Assembly: GCA_035462285.1 (NCBI GenBank)
Contig: DATHUL010000041.1
Coordinates: 1-25,419, forward strand
Source: Acidimicrobiia bacterium
Lineage (GTDB): Bacteria; Actinomycetota; Acidimicrobiia; Spongiisociales; ZC4RG35
DNA: 25,419 nucleotides
Direction of reading: 5' to 3'
Shown: positions 7,548 through 15,670 of the stretch, piece after piece
Layout of the letters: each line of letters begins with the position of its first letter
How positions within the stretch are numbered: position 1 is the stretch's first letter
Made by a program: the position numbers and the translations under genes
The notes under the pieces: model-generated
What the model saw: the letters and a program-made list of their open reading frames with translations, nothing else
Told to the model about the DNA's origin: nothing
The model's database searches: none

Positions 7548-8549
7548 TCAGTCGAGGAGCCCGGGCCGAAACAGCCGGTCGTGGGTGTGCAGGGCAAACC
7601 GGTCGGTCATGCCGGCCACGTAGTCGATGGCACGGTCCAGGGGCTCGGCGCCCGGCGTGGTGGCCGAGTCGGGCACATCGAGAGGACGATCGGTGAACCA
7701 TCGGACCAGATCCTGGATGACGTTGATCGCCTTCTGCTTCTGGCTCTCGCTCTCCGGGCTGAGGTAGACCCTTTCGAACATGAAGTTCCTCAGCTCTTCC
7801 ATGACCTCGAGATGATGGAGGTCCATCTCCACCTCTCCCGCCCGGTGACTGGCCTCGATGACCGCGGTCGCCAGAGACCCGATCCACTCGCGTGAGGTGG
7901 CCCCGAACGTGGTCAGGGCCCGGGTCGGGATCTCGTGGTACTGGAGGACGTTGGCCCGTAGGGCGTCGGCCACGTCGTGGGTGAGATAGGCGATCCGATC
8001 GGCGAACCGGCAAAGCCGGCCCTCCGGGGTCGCGGGTGGCGGATCGATCCGCCAGGAGTGGGCCCGTATCCCGTCCAGGACCTCGGCACTCAGGTTTTGA
8101 GGCTCGATCGAGGACAGGGTGCGCACACCATGAGCAGAGTGGAGCCAGTTGCCCTCGACGAACGGGGACAACGCCTCCTCCCCGGTGTGCCCGAACGGGG
8201 AGTGGCCCACGTCGTGACCGAGGCAGATAGCCTCGGTCAGGTCCTCATTGAGACCGAGGGCCCTGGCCATGGCTCGCCCGACCTGGTTCACCTGGATGGT
8301 ATGGGTCATTCGGGTGACGAAATGGTCTCCGTCGGGGTTGAGGAACACCTGGGTCTTGTGCTTGAGCCGTCGGAACGCCTTGCTGTGGACGATGCGGTCG
8401 CGGTCCCGTTCGAAGGCGGTGCGGAACTCGTCGTGCTCCTCTTCTTCGGCCCTTCCCATCGACTGGTCCGCTTTCGTCGCCGCCGGCGCCAGCAGCTCGT
8501 GCTCCAGCCGCTCCCGGTCCTGGCGGCCCCGTCTCAGCATCCCGTCCAT
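7548..8549 (-). CDS. dgt: HD-domain deoxyguanosinetriphosphate triphosphohydrolase-like protein (short dGTPase), 333 aa
   Basis: FRTAFERDRDRIVHSKAFRRLKHKTQVF, TRMTH, GHDVGHSPFGHTGE, ADRIAYLTHD, DYVAGMTD. Start placed at ATG 8549, 8 nt after TAGCCT. The longer 9470 start in the track overlaps phnE. Confidence 0.92.
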   Translation of the reverse strand: MDGMLRRGRQDRERLEHELLAPAATKADQSMGRAEEEEHDEFRTAFERDRDRIVHSKAFRRLKHKTQVFLNPDGDHFVTRMTHTIQVNQVGRAMARALGLNEDLTEAICLGHDVGHSPFGHTGEEALSPFVEGNWLHSAHGVRTLSSIEPQNLSAEVLDGIRAHSWRIDPPPATPEGRLCRFADRIAYLTHDVADALRANVLQYHEIPTRALTTFGATSREWIGSLATAVIEASHRAGEVEMDLHHLEVMEELRNFMFERVYLSPESESQKQKAINVIQDLVRWFTDRPLDVPDSATTPGAEPLDRAIDYVAGMTDRFALHTHDRLFRPGLLD

Positions 8550-8623
8550 GAAGACCAAGGCTAGAGGGCCATCCCTGCCCGGCTCGCCGTGGTCGAGACC
8601 ATGGCCTTTGCGGGCTGGGGCCC

Positions 8624-10525
8624 CTAGACGAACCGCTCGCGGAGTCTGGAGCTGGCCCAGTCCATCGTTGCCACCACTATGGCGATGGCGAGCATCTGGG
8701 CGGCCGCGGCCCGGTAGTTGAGGAGCCCGATGTTCTGCTGGAGGAGGAATCCGATCCCGCCACCGCCGACGAAGCCGATGATGGTGGAGAACCTGACGTT
8801 GATGTCCCAGCGATACATCGTGAAGGAGATGTAGGGAGCGACGATCTGAGGGACGACGGCATAGACCACGGTCTGGAGTCGGGTGGCACCGGTGGCCCGG
8901 ACCGCTTCGACCGGACCGGCGTTTATGCTCTCCACCTGCTCCGAGTAGAGCTTGGCGTTGGCGGCGATGGTGTGCAGGGCCAGGGCGAGGGCGCCGGCGA
9001 AGGGGCCGAGACCGACCCAGATGACGAAGACCAGGGCGAGGACCAGCGCCTCGATTGAACGGAGCGCGTTGAACACGGTTCGGGCCGTGTAGTACACGGC
9101 GAGGCCGATCCCGATCGGCCCCCGTTGTGAGGAGCGCCAGGCCAGGACCGCCCCGAGCACCGCACCCACGACCGCCGGGATGACCACGGTGCTCTGTCTG
9201 TCCACGATCTGGTAGAGCCAGGCCACCACCTGTCCCACGGCCATGGCGAGGAGCGCCCCGGCCAAGGCGCCGGCGAGGATCGAGAGCGCCCGGTTCAGCC
9301 CGCCGCTGACCCGACGTCCCAGCCGGTATCCGAACCGGCTGCCCAGATAGGCGAGGACCCCGGCCAGGCCGATCGCGGCGAACGCATCGAAGGCCGCTCC
9401 CAGGATCTGCCCCAGCAACACCACGAACTGGCCGATGAAGTCGAACACGCCGAGTCGTGCCGCCGCCCATGCTCCTCCGATCTGGGAGAAGCGGACCAGG
9501 GCCTGGGCGGCGATCAGACCGACCAGGGCGGCTGCGATTCCCGCCCCGATGCGAGCGGTCCGGGTGACGTTCGAGCCCGGCACCGGGACCGCGATCGGGA
9601 TCAGCCTGGCCACCACGGCTCCGGCCGCCAACGCCACCGCGGCCTGCAACAAGGCAGAGTCGGGGAGGGTCTCGATGAGACGGCGGGACTCCCTCGAGAC
9701 GAGCAGGCCGATGTAGAGCCCTATCGGGATGCCGGCGATGGCGAGACCGAGTTGCAGCGCCGGCATCCGCACGTCACGCATCAGGTTGCGAGCGGCGAAG
9801 AAGGAGAGGGGGATGGCGATCAGCGTCCCCAGCGTGGTGGCGAGGAGGGCGAGGAACACCGTCTCGATGATCAGGTCGAGAGTCTGCACCGCGTTCTCCG
9901 ACCAGCGTGGGGAGCGAAGCATCTCGCCGTTCTCTCCCTCCACATAGACCGGGCTGAAGATGGAGCCCGCGTTGAGCCGGCTCTTCACCCGGACTGTCTG
10001 GATCTCGGTGTCCGGTCGGTTGGAGAGACGGGCGTCGACCTGGAACGAGCCTTCGGGGTCGGTCCGGACATTGGCCAACCTGAGCTCGGTCCCGTTGGGC
10101 GGGACGAAGAACACCTGGACGTTGTCGTTGGCCCTGAATCCCGACCCGGTGATGGTCACCACCTCCCGGGGCTCGGCACAGGGCGGGTCGACGGTGAAAA
10201 TGGCCTCACCTTGCACTGGCTCGGCTTCGAAGCCACCGGCAGGGCATGGGATCATGTAGTCGAGGTCGATGTCGGTCGACTCGACCTCGTAGGTGATGAG
10301 ATCGGGCTGGGCCAGAGCGCGGATGACCCGGAACAACTGCGTCTGCCGGGTCTCGTCGGTGATCTTGTCCAGGCTGACCTCGGTCACCTGGAATCCATAG
10401 GCATAGATGACGAATCCGGCCAGGAGGCCCAGGAAGATCCACAGACTCCTCAGCCGACGGCGCTTGGGCGGCTGTTCTGAGATTCCCGGCTCAGTCTCCT
10501 CGGCCGAGGTGTCGAGGTCAGCCAA
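8624..10525 (-). CDS. phnE: Phosphonate/phosphate-type ABC importer permease (PhnE family) with two large insertions, 633 aa
   Basis: ETVFLALLATTLG..IAIPLSFFAARN, then RSIEALVLAL..VGLGPFAGALAL..AKLYSEQVESIN.GPVEAVRATGA and YRWDINVRFSTIIGFVGGGGIG. Confidence 0.9.
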   Translation of the reverse strand: MADLDTSAEETEPGISEQPPKRRRLRSLWIFLGLLAGFVIYAYGFQVTEVSLDKITDETRQTQLFRVIRALAQPDLITYEVESTDIDLDYMIPCPAGGFEAEPVQGEAIFTVDPPCAEPREVVTITGSGFRANDNVQVFFVPPNGTELRLANVRTDPEGSFQVDARLSNRPDTEIQTVRVKSRLNAGSIFSPVYVEGENGEMLRSPRWSENAVQTLDLIIETVFLALLATTLGTLIAIPLSFFAARNLMRDVRMPALQLGLAIAGIPIGLYIGLLVSRESRRLIETLPDSALLQAAVALAAGAVVARLIPIAVPVPGSNVTRTARIGAGIAAALVGLIAAQALVRFSQIGGAWAAARLGVFDFIGQFVVLLGQILGAAFDAFAAIGLAGVLAYLGSRFGYRLGRRVSGGLNRALSILAGALAGALLAMAVGQVVAWLYQIVDRQSTVVIPAVVGAVLGAVLAWRSSQRGPIGIGLAVYYTARTVFNALRSIEALVLALVFVIWVGLGPFAGALALALHTIAANAKLYSEQVESINAGPVEAVRATGATRLQTVVYAVVPQIVAPYISFTMYRWDINVRFSTIIGFVGGGGIGFLLQQNIGLLNYRAAAAQMLAIAIVVATMDWASSRLRERFV

Positions 10526-11270
10526 CCCTTTCCGCCTCCTGCCCGTAGATGTCCTTGAACATGGCGTCGTCGATCTCCGAGGGCAGACCCTCGAAGACGA
10601 GACGTCCCTCGTTCAGCGCGATCACCCGCTGCCCGTAGCGATGGACCAGGTCGAGGAAATGGAGACTGCACAACACGGTGACCCCGTCGGAGCGATTGAT
10701 GTCCTCCAGGTACTGCATGATGGAGTGGGCCAGGACCGGGTCCAGGCTGGCCACCGGCTCGTCGGCCAGGATCATCTCCGGATCCTGCATCATGGCCCGG
10801 GCGATCCCCACCCGTTGCTGCTGGCCCCCGCTCAGTTCCTCGGTGCGGTTCTGTTCTTTTCCCTCCAGCCCGAAACGGGCCAGCTGTGCCAGGGCTCGCT
10901 CACGGTCGCTCCGGGAGAACCGATTGGCCAGGGCCAGGGCGGGGCTGGTGTAGCCGAGTCTGCCGGCGAGCACGTTGGTGATCACCCTGGATCGGTGCAC
11001 AAGGTTGAAGTTCTGGAACACCATGCCGATCCGGCGCCGGATGCGTCGCATCTCCTCCTCGGAGGCGGCGGTGATGTCCTCCCCCTTCCACACGATCCGG
11101 CCCTCGGTCGGATCGATGAGACGATTGATGCAGCGGAGCAAGGTCGACTTGCCCGACCCGGACAGACCGATGATGGCCAGGAACTGGCCCTCGGCGACCT
11201 CGAAGGAAACGTCGCGCAGCGCGACCGTCCCGTCGTCGTAGACCTTGGTCAGGTTCTCAACCTGGAGCAT
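10518..11270 (-). CDS. phnC: Phosphonate-type ABC importer ATP-binding protein, 250 aa
   Basis: Walker [46 protein letters not shown] just before ATG 11270. Confidence 0.93.
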   Translation of the reverse strand: MLQVENLTKVYDDGTVALRDVSFEVAEGQFLAIIGLSGSGKSTLLRCINRLIDPTEGRIVWKGEDITAASEEEMRRIRRRIGMVFQNFNLVHRSRVITNVLAGRLGYTSPALALANRFSRSDRERALAQLARFGLEGKEQNRTEELSGGQQQRVGIARAMMQDPEMILADEPVASLDPVLAHSIMQYLEDINRSDGVTVLCSLHFLDLVHRYGQRVIALNEGRLVFEGLPSEIDDAMFKDIYGQEAERVG

Positions 11271-11290
11271 TTGCCTCCGAGGGGAGTGTA

Positions 11291-11316
11291 GGAGGGGGCG
11301 CCTTGGCGCCCCCTCC
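11291..11316. terminator. Intercistronic stem-loop between phnD and phnC
   Basis: ggagggggcgcc-tt-ggcgccccctcc is a perfect 12-bp inverted repeat. This position is typical of mRNA-stabilising hairpins after binding-protein genes. Confidence 0.7.
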
Positions 11317-11333
11317 AATCGAACGGTGTCGGC

Positions 11334-12458
11334 CTAGAGGTCTTCCAGATCGATCCCGGCCGTGTCGACGACCTTGCGCAGTTCGTCGTACTCGGCGTCG
11401 GTGGCCGGCTCGATACCGGTCCATCCATAGAAGTCCTGGTTACCGATGGAGTCGTTCCAGGCACAGTCGTCGTTGTCTTCGCACTCGGCGGCGAAGGCCA
11501 ACAGCGCCTCCTCGATCTGTGCCCGCAACTCGGCAGGGAAGTCGGGGCCGAAAGACAGGGTGTCGTTCGGGATCTCAGGCGAGATGGCGAGGATCCGGAC
11601 CTGCTGCACGATGTCCGGGGCTTCCTCGGTGGCGCTGGCTCGCGCATCAAGCACCCGGAAGTTCTCCCCGCAGAACAGGTCGCCTTCCTCGTTCGGGGCG
11701 CACGAGTCCACCAGGTCCTCGGGGACGTCGGGCTCGTCGCCGATCTGCCAGGGGTCACCTTCGAGGATCAGCGGCGGGCTGAAGAAGGTGGTTGCGAAGT
11801 CGGCGTCGCCCCGGTAGACGGCGAGGGCGGCATTGGGGTGGCCACCGGTCTCCACCGGCTCACCGGCGGTCACGCCCGCCTCCTCCAACTGGACCAGCGG
11901 GACCAGGTAACCGGAGGTCGAGTTCACATCGGGGAACGCCCACGACAGTCCGTCCAGGTCTTCGATGCTGGCGATTTCACTGTCTCTGGGCACCAGGATC
12001 TGGGCCCAGTACACGCCGTATCCGAAGCGGACCGCCTTGAAGGCGACGTCGACACCGCACAGGTTGTTGGCCAGCACGTATCCGAATCCGGGGATGAAGC
12101 CCATCGTGTCCTCGGGTGCGGCGCACATCTCCTCGATGGTGGCGGCGTACGACGTCGGGACGCTGACCTCGAAACTGAGACCGGTGGCCTCTTCGAGTGC
12201 GGCCTTCATCACATCACCACCCGAGACGATCACCTGTGCGTCGACCGAAGGCACGAACAGGACCTGAATCGGTCTGTCCGGTGACCCCAATTCCGCTTCT
12301 GCCATCGCGGTGCTCGTCGTCTCCTCGGGTGCTGCCGTAGTGGTTGTCTCCTCGGCTCCTGCGGTCGTCGTGGAGTCCTCGCCACCCTCGCCGCCGCCAC
12401 AGGCGGCCACGATCAGCGAAAGCACGACGAGACAAGCCCAGAGGGCTCTCTTCTGCAT
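11334..12458 (-). CDS. phnD: PhnD/PtxB-family phosphate/phosphite/phosphonate-binding lipoprotein, 374 aa
   Basis: Lipobox VAAC, Thr-rich linker, VPTSYAATIEEM, DVNSTSGYLVP, GGH, IPND motifs; SD GGAGA; candidate -10 TAGGGT at 12512-12517 (minus). Confidence 0.92.
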   Translation of the reverse strand: MQKRALWACLVVLSLIVAACGGGEGGEDSTTTAGAEETTTTAAPEETTSTAMAEAELGSPDRPIQVLFVPSVDAQVIVSGGDVMKAALEEATGLSFEVSVPTSYAATIEEMCAAPEDTMGFIPGFGYVLANNLCGVDVAFKAVRFGYGVYWAQILVPRDSEIASIEDLDGLSWAFPDVNSTSGYLVPLVQLEEAGVTAGEPVETGGHPNAALAVYRGDADFATTFFSPPLILEGDPWQIGDEPDVPEDLVDSCAPNEEGDLFCGENFRVLDARASATEEAPDIVQQVRILAISPEIPNDTLSFGPDFPAELRAQIEEALLAFAAECEDNDDCAWNDSIGNQDFYGWTGIEPATDAEYDELRKVVDTAGIDLEDL

Positions 12459-12533
12459 GTTCTCTCCTATTTGTTCTCCATGATCGCGATGACCCCGGAT
12501 CGCGTGTCGCGACCCTAATCGGGCAGTGGGCGG

Positions 12534-13082
12534 TCATTCCACCGAGTCGATCAGGACGCGAAACTCGTCGAAGTCGGCGACGTCCACCGCCCCGGCCACC
12601 GGCGTGTTCCAGGGCCGGACATAGCGACAGACGAGACGATCGGGCCGGTGTGCGACCAGATCCGGCAGGATGCGTGGCCCATCGTCGAGGTAGACGTCAC
12701 AGTCGATCCGCCATTTGTCTTCGAGGATGTGGATCTCCTTGGTCGGGATCTGGTGGGCCGCGATCCACTCGTGGGTGTCGGCGATGGCGAAGTTGGGTTT
12801 GGTGGTGAGGATCACTATCTGATGACCCTCGGCGTCCAGCTCGCGTAGCGCCTCGACGGCGCCGGGGAAGGTCTCCAGGTGCCAGAACAGTGATCGCCCG
12901 TCGAGATCGGACGACCATCGCCAGAAGGCGCCCATGTCCTCGAAGTGGGTCATGGTGGTCAGCCCGTCCCAGGCGACGACCAGGTCGGGCTCGAGATCGG
13001 CATCGAAGTCCCGGTTGTAGAAGTCGACCCAGCCCTTGGTGAAGTCGGCGACCACGCCGTCGAGATCGATGCCGAGCCTCAT
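12534..13082 (-). CDS. 5'(3')-deoxyribonucleotidase (NT5C-like, HAD superfamily), 182 aa
   Basis: IDLDGVVADF motif I, ILTTKP motif II, K...DVYLDDGP motifs III/IV; PGAVEALREL; no signal peptide. Confidence 0.85.
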   Translation of the reverse strand: MRLGIDLDGVVADFTKGWVDFYNRDFDADLEPDLVVAWDGLTTMTHFEDMGAFWRWSSDLDGRSLFWHLETFPGAVEALRELDAEGHQIVILTTKPNFAIADTHEWIAAHQIPTKEIHILEDKWRIDCDVYLDDGPRILPDLVAHRPDRLVCRYVRPWNTPVAGAVDVADFDEFRVLIDSVE

Positions 13083-13095
13083 CGGCGACCCGGGT

Positions 13096-13764
13096 TCACT
13101 CGGAGTCGATCGCCTTCGACTTCTTGTAGAAGTCCAGCCGGTCCACCGGCATCACCAGCGAGGTGAGCAGGTTGGAGAGGTGGGCGGAGATTCGCTTGAT
13201 GTAGCGATAGAGGATGGCCCGGGGAGCGGCGAAGGTCCCGGGCTGGTCCGAGCGTATGAACTCGGCCATGAGATCGTCGTAGTGCTTCTCGTCGTTCTCG
13301 ATCTCGGGGATGAGCTGGTGCACCGCGCTCTCCTTCTGGTCCCGGAACACCTCGGTGGTGATCACGACCAACTCGGCCACCCGGCGGAAGTGCTCCTGGA
13401 TCTCGGCCTGGTCAGGGCCGGCGGAGAAGTCGACTCCCAGATCGGCCAGGTTCCACAGGTTCTTGCAGTAGTCGCCCACTCTCTCCACGTCCTTGGCAAC
13501 CGACATGTAGGCCAGCATCAACCCGTAATCGACCTCCGCCCCCCACACCGAGCCATGGACCAACAGCTCGCGTCTGATCTCCCGCTCGGTCCGGTTCAGC
13601 TCTTTGTCCAGGGCGAAGATCTCGTCGGCGACCGCGGCCGGATCCGAGGTCCGCATCAGCGCGCCCACGGCCAGCTCGAACATGCGGGAGCAGGTCTCCA
13701 GCATGCCCACCAGCTGGGTCTCGACGTTTTCCAGTTGTTGGGCGTCCCGGAACAGGGAGAACAT
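13096..13764 (-). CDS. PhoU-domain protein, 222 aa
   Basis: Two helical repeats: DKELNRTEREIRR...KDVERVGDYCKNL and DEKHYDDL...RYIKRISAHLSNL. SD GAGGAG. Confidence 0.85.
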   Translation of the reverse strand: MFSLFRDAQQLENVETQLVGMLETCSRMFELAVGALMRTSDPAAVADEIFALDKELNRTEREIRRELLVHGSVWGAEVDYGLMLAYMSVAKDVERVGDYCKNLWNLADLGVDFSAGPDQAEIQEHFRRVAELVVITTEVFRDQKESAVHQLIPEIENDEKHYDDLMAEFIRSDQPGTFAAPRAILYRYIKRISAHLSNLLTSLVMPVDRLDFYKKSKAIDSE

Positions 13765-13774
13765 GGGCTACTCC

Positions 13775-14938
13775 TCAGGTGATGAACAATATGACGATGG
13801 GGAGGACAAAGAACATGCCGATGATGTAGACCGCGATCAGACCACGTCTTCGTGCCCCGACCTCCGCGGCCCATTCTGCGATCGCAACCGGTGTCCGCCT
13901 CAGTATCGGGATCGGGTAGAAGATCAGGATTCCGAGCAGGTTGAAGGTGGTGTGGGCGATGGCCACCACGAAGGCGTCCGGGTTGTCGGCCGCCACCGAC
14001 GCCAGCAATGCGGTGATCGTCGTCCCGACATTGGCACCGAGCGCCACCGGGTAGACGGTGGTGATGGTGAGGACGCCGGCTGCGGCCAGCGGCACCAGCA
14101 TCGAGGTGGTGATGCTCGAGCTCTGCACCGCCACGGTGAGGAGGAGCCCGATCAGCATCGCCCCCGCTCCGGCCCCCTTGCCCAGGATCCGGTTGATCGC
14201 CGCTTCGATCTGCCCCGATACCACCCATCGCATCTGAGTGGTGACCTGCCATAGCGAGAGAAATATGAGGGCGACGCCAAATCCGATCAGGATGCTGCCC
14301 GCCGCCCGTTCCCATCCAAGGCTCTCGAGGGCCCCGCTGATCGCATCGACCGGGCTCTCGATGGCGCGCTTGACCGGGCCGGGGTCGTCGCTCACTCCCG
14401 GGAGGAGCCCGTCGAACAGGGAGGCCATTGCGATGGCGATCCGGCTCACCGCTCCGAACAGCACTTCCAGCGGGAAGAGGGCGATGACGGCGAGGATGTT
14501 GAAGTAGTCGTGAACTGTGGCGGCGGCGAAAGCGCGGCGAAAGAAGGCATTCTGACGAACGTGCCCGAGGGCGGCGAGCGTCCCGGTGATGGTGGTCCCG
14601 ATGTTCGCCCCCATCACCATCGGCACTGCCGTCTCGATGCCGAGCACGCCGGCGCCGACCAGACCCACGATGGTCGAGGTCGTCACCGACGACGACTGGA
14701 CCAGCACGGTGGCCAGGACTCCGGCGGCGAGCCCGGCCAGCGGGTGGGCGACGGTGGCGAACACGTCCTCGACGAATCCGGCACCGAGGGCGCCGATTCC
14801 TCTCTCCAGCGCCTTGATCCCGACCAGGAACACATAGAGGAAGAGGACTGCGAGAAGAAGCCGGGCCCAGGTTCCGAAGTGTGGCGACGGGGGTTTGGAC
14901 TCGGGCGCGACCCGTTCTCTCGGCCGATGATCTCCCAT
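13775..14938 (-). CDS. Na+/Pi cotransporter (NptA/SLC34-like), membrane part only, 387 aa
   Basis: Two QSSS repeats (VQSSSVTTS, VQSSSITTS), each followed by GANIGTT or GANVGTT. Start placed at ATG 14938, 10 nt after TACCCT. Confidence 0.93.
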   Translation of the reverse strand: MGDHRPRERVAPESKPPSPHFGTWARLLLAVLFLYVFLVGIKALERGIGALGAGFVEDVFATVAHPLAGLAAGVLATVLVQSSSVTTSTIVGLVGAGVLGIETAVPMVMGANIGTTITGTLAALGHVRQNAFFRRAFAAATVHDYFNILAVIALFPLEVLFGAVSRIAIAMASLFDGLLPGVSDDPGPVKRAIESPVDAISGALESLGWERAAGSILIGFGVALIFLSLWQVTTQMRWVVSGQIEAAINRILGKGAGAGAMLIGLLLTVAVQSSSITTSMLVPLAAAGVLTITTVYPVALGANVGTTITALLASVAADNPDAFVVAIAHTTFNLLGILIFYPIPILRRTPVAIAEWAAEVGARRRGLIAVYIIGMFFVLPIVILFIT

Positions 14939-15045
14939 GGGCCGACGCAGGGTAAGACCGAGCCGTCGCCTCCTGCATCTCGGTACCGCCGATCGGCATT
15001 CGAAGCCGGGCCGGATCTGGTGAATGTTCAGGTGCCGGTGTCCGT

Positions 15046-15079
15046 GTTCAAATCGCTTGAGCATTCAGTCGATTTGAAC
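15046..15079. promoter_or_regulatory. Palindromic operator upstream of the winged-helix regulator
   Basis: gttcaaatcg (15046-15055) and cgatttgaac (15070-15079) form a perfect 10-bp inverted repeat with a 14-nt spacer, ending 12 nt before ATG 15092, in a locally AT-richer patch. Confidence 0.7.
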
Positions 15080-15091
15080 TAAACCTCCGCC

Positions 15092-15670
15092 ATGGCGCAG
15101 GCAACGACATTCGAGATCGAAGACGTTCGGGTCCTGGAGGCTCTCAACAACCCGACCAGACTACGGATCCTCTACCAACTCATGGAGGCGTCGACCGCTG
15201 GTGAGCTCGCTCGGCGTCTCGATGTCCCGGTCACCCGTCTCTACTACCACCTGAACCTGTTGCAGGACCTGGGAGTCGTGGAGGTGGTCGAGACCCGGAA
15301 GCGGGGGGCGATGCTGGAGCGGGTCTACCGCGCAGTCGCCACCAACTTCGTTCCCGCCCGGGATCTCATCGAGAAGGCCACGGACAAGGACAGGGTGATC
15401 AGCGCCGGGGTGGGTGTGGTTCTCGACGGGGCCCGGCTCGACGCAATGGCCGGTCTGCTCGGGCATTTGCAGAGCCCGGGAACGGACCCAACCGGGACGT
15501 TGGGCCGATGCGTCATCCCGATGAGCGAGGTGAACGCCTCGAAGTTCACCGAGCGGATCGGGGAGATCGTCGAGGAGATGAAACTCCTCGAGGACAAGGA
15601 CGGAGAGGAGTACGCCTTCTCATTCGTCTTCTTCCCCATGGTCGGCCCGGTGAAGGGAGAGAAGCTGTGA
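15092..15670 (+). CDS. Winged helix-turn-helix (ArsR/HTH_20-like) transcriptional regulator, 192 aa
   Basis: ALNNPTRLRILYQL...TAGELARRLDVPVTRLYYHLNLLQDLGVVEVVETR...ERVYRA. Confidence 0.9.
   Translation: MAQATTFEIEDVRVLEALNNPTRLRILYQLMEASTAGELARRLDVPVTRLYYHLNLLQDLGVVEVVETRKRGAMLERVYRAVATNFVPARDLIEKATDKDRVISAGVGVVLDGARLDAMAGLLGHLQSPGTDPTGTLGRCVIPMSEVNASKFTERIGEIVEEMKLLEDKDGEEYAFSFVFFPMVGPVKGEKL

Noticed and set aside
7548-8549. dGTPase as an anti-phage defence gene
   Set aside because: Short housekeeping-type protein with no defence or mobile genes nearby; not excluded, but unsupported.
8550-9470. N-terminal extension of the HD protein in the ORF track
   Set aside because: Overlaps phnE in another frame and is low-complexity Arg/Gly/Pro; family similarity starts at ATG 8549.
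12459-12533. PHO box upstream of phnD
   Set aside because: No GTTCA-type 11-bp direct repeats; only short GATCGCG/TCGCGA repeats that are plausible by chance in GC-rich DNA.
13656-14999. 447-aa minus-strand ORF with an AGGAGG nearby
   Set aside because: Alternative frame of the Na/Pi symporter gene with Arg-rich composition; the AGGAGG at 14968-14973 has no start codon at SD distance.
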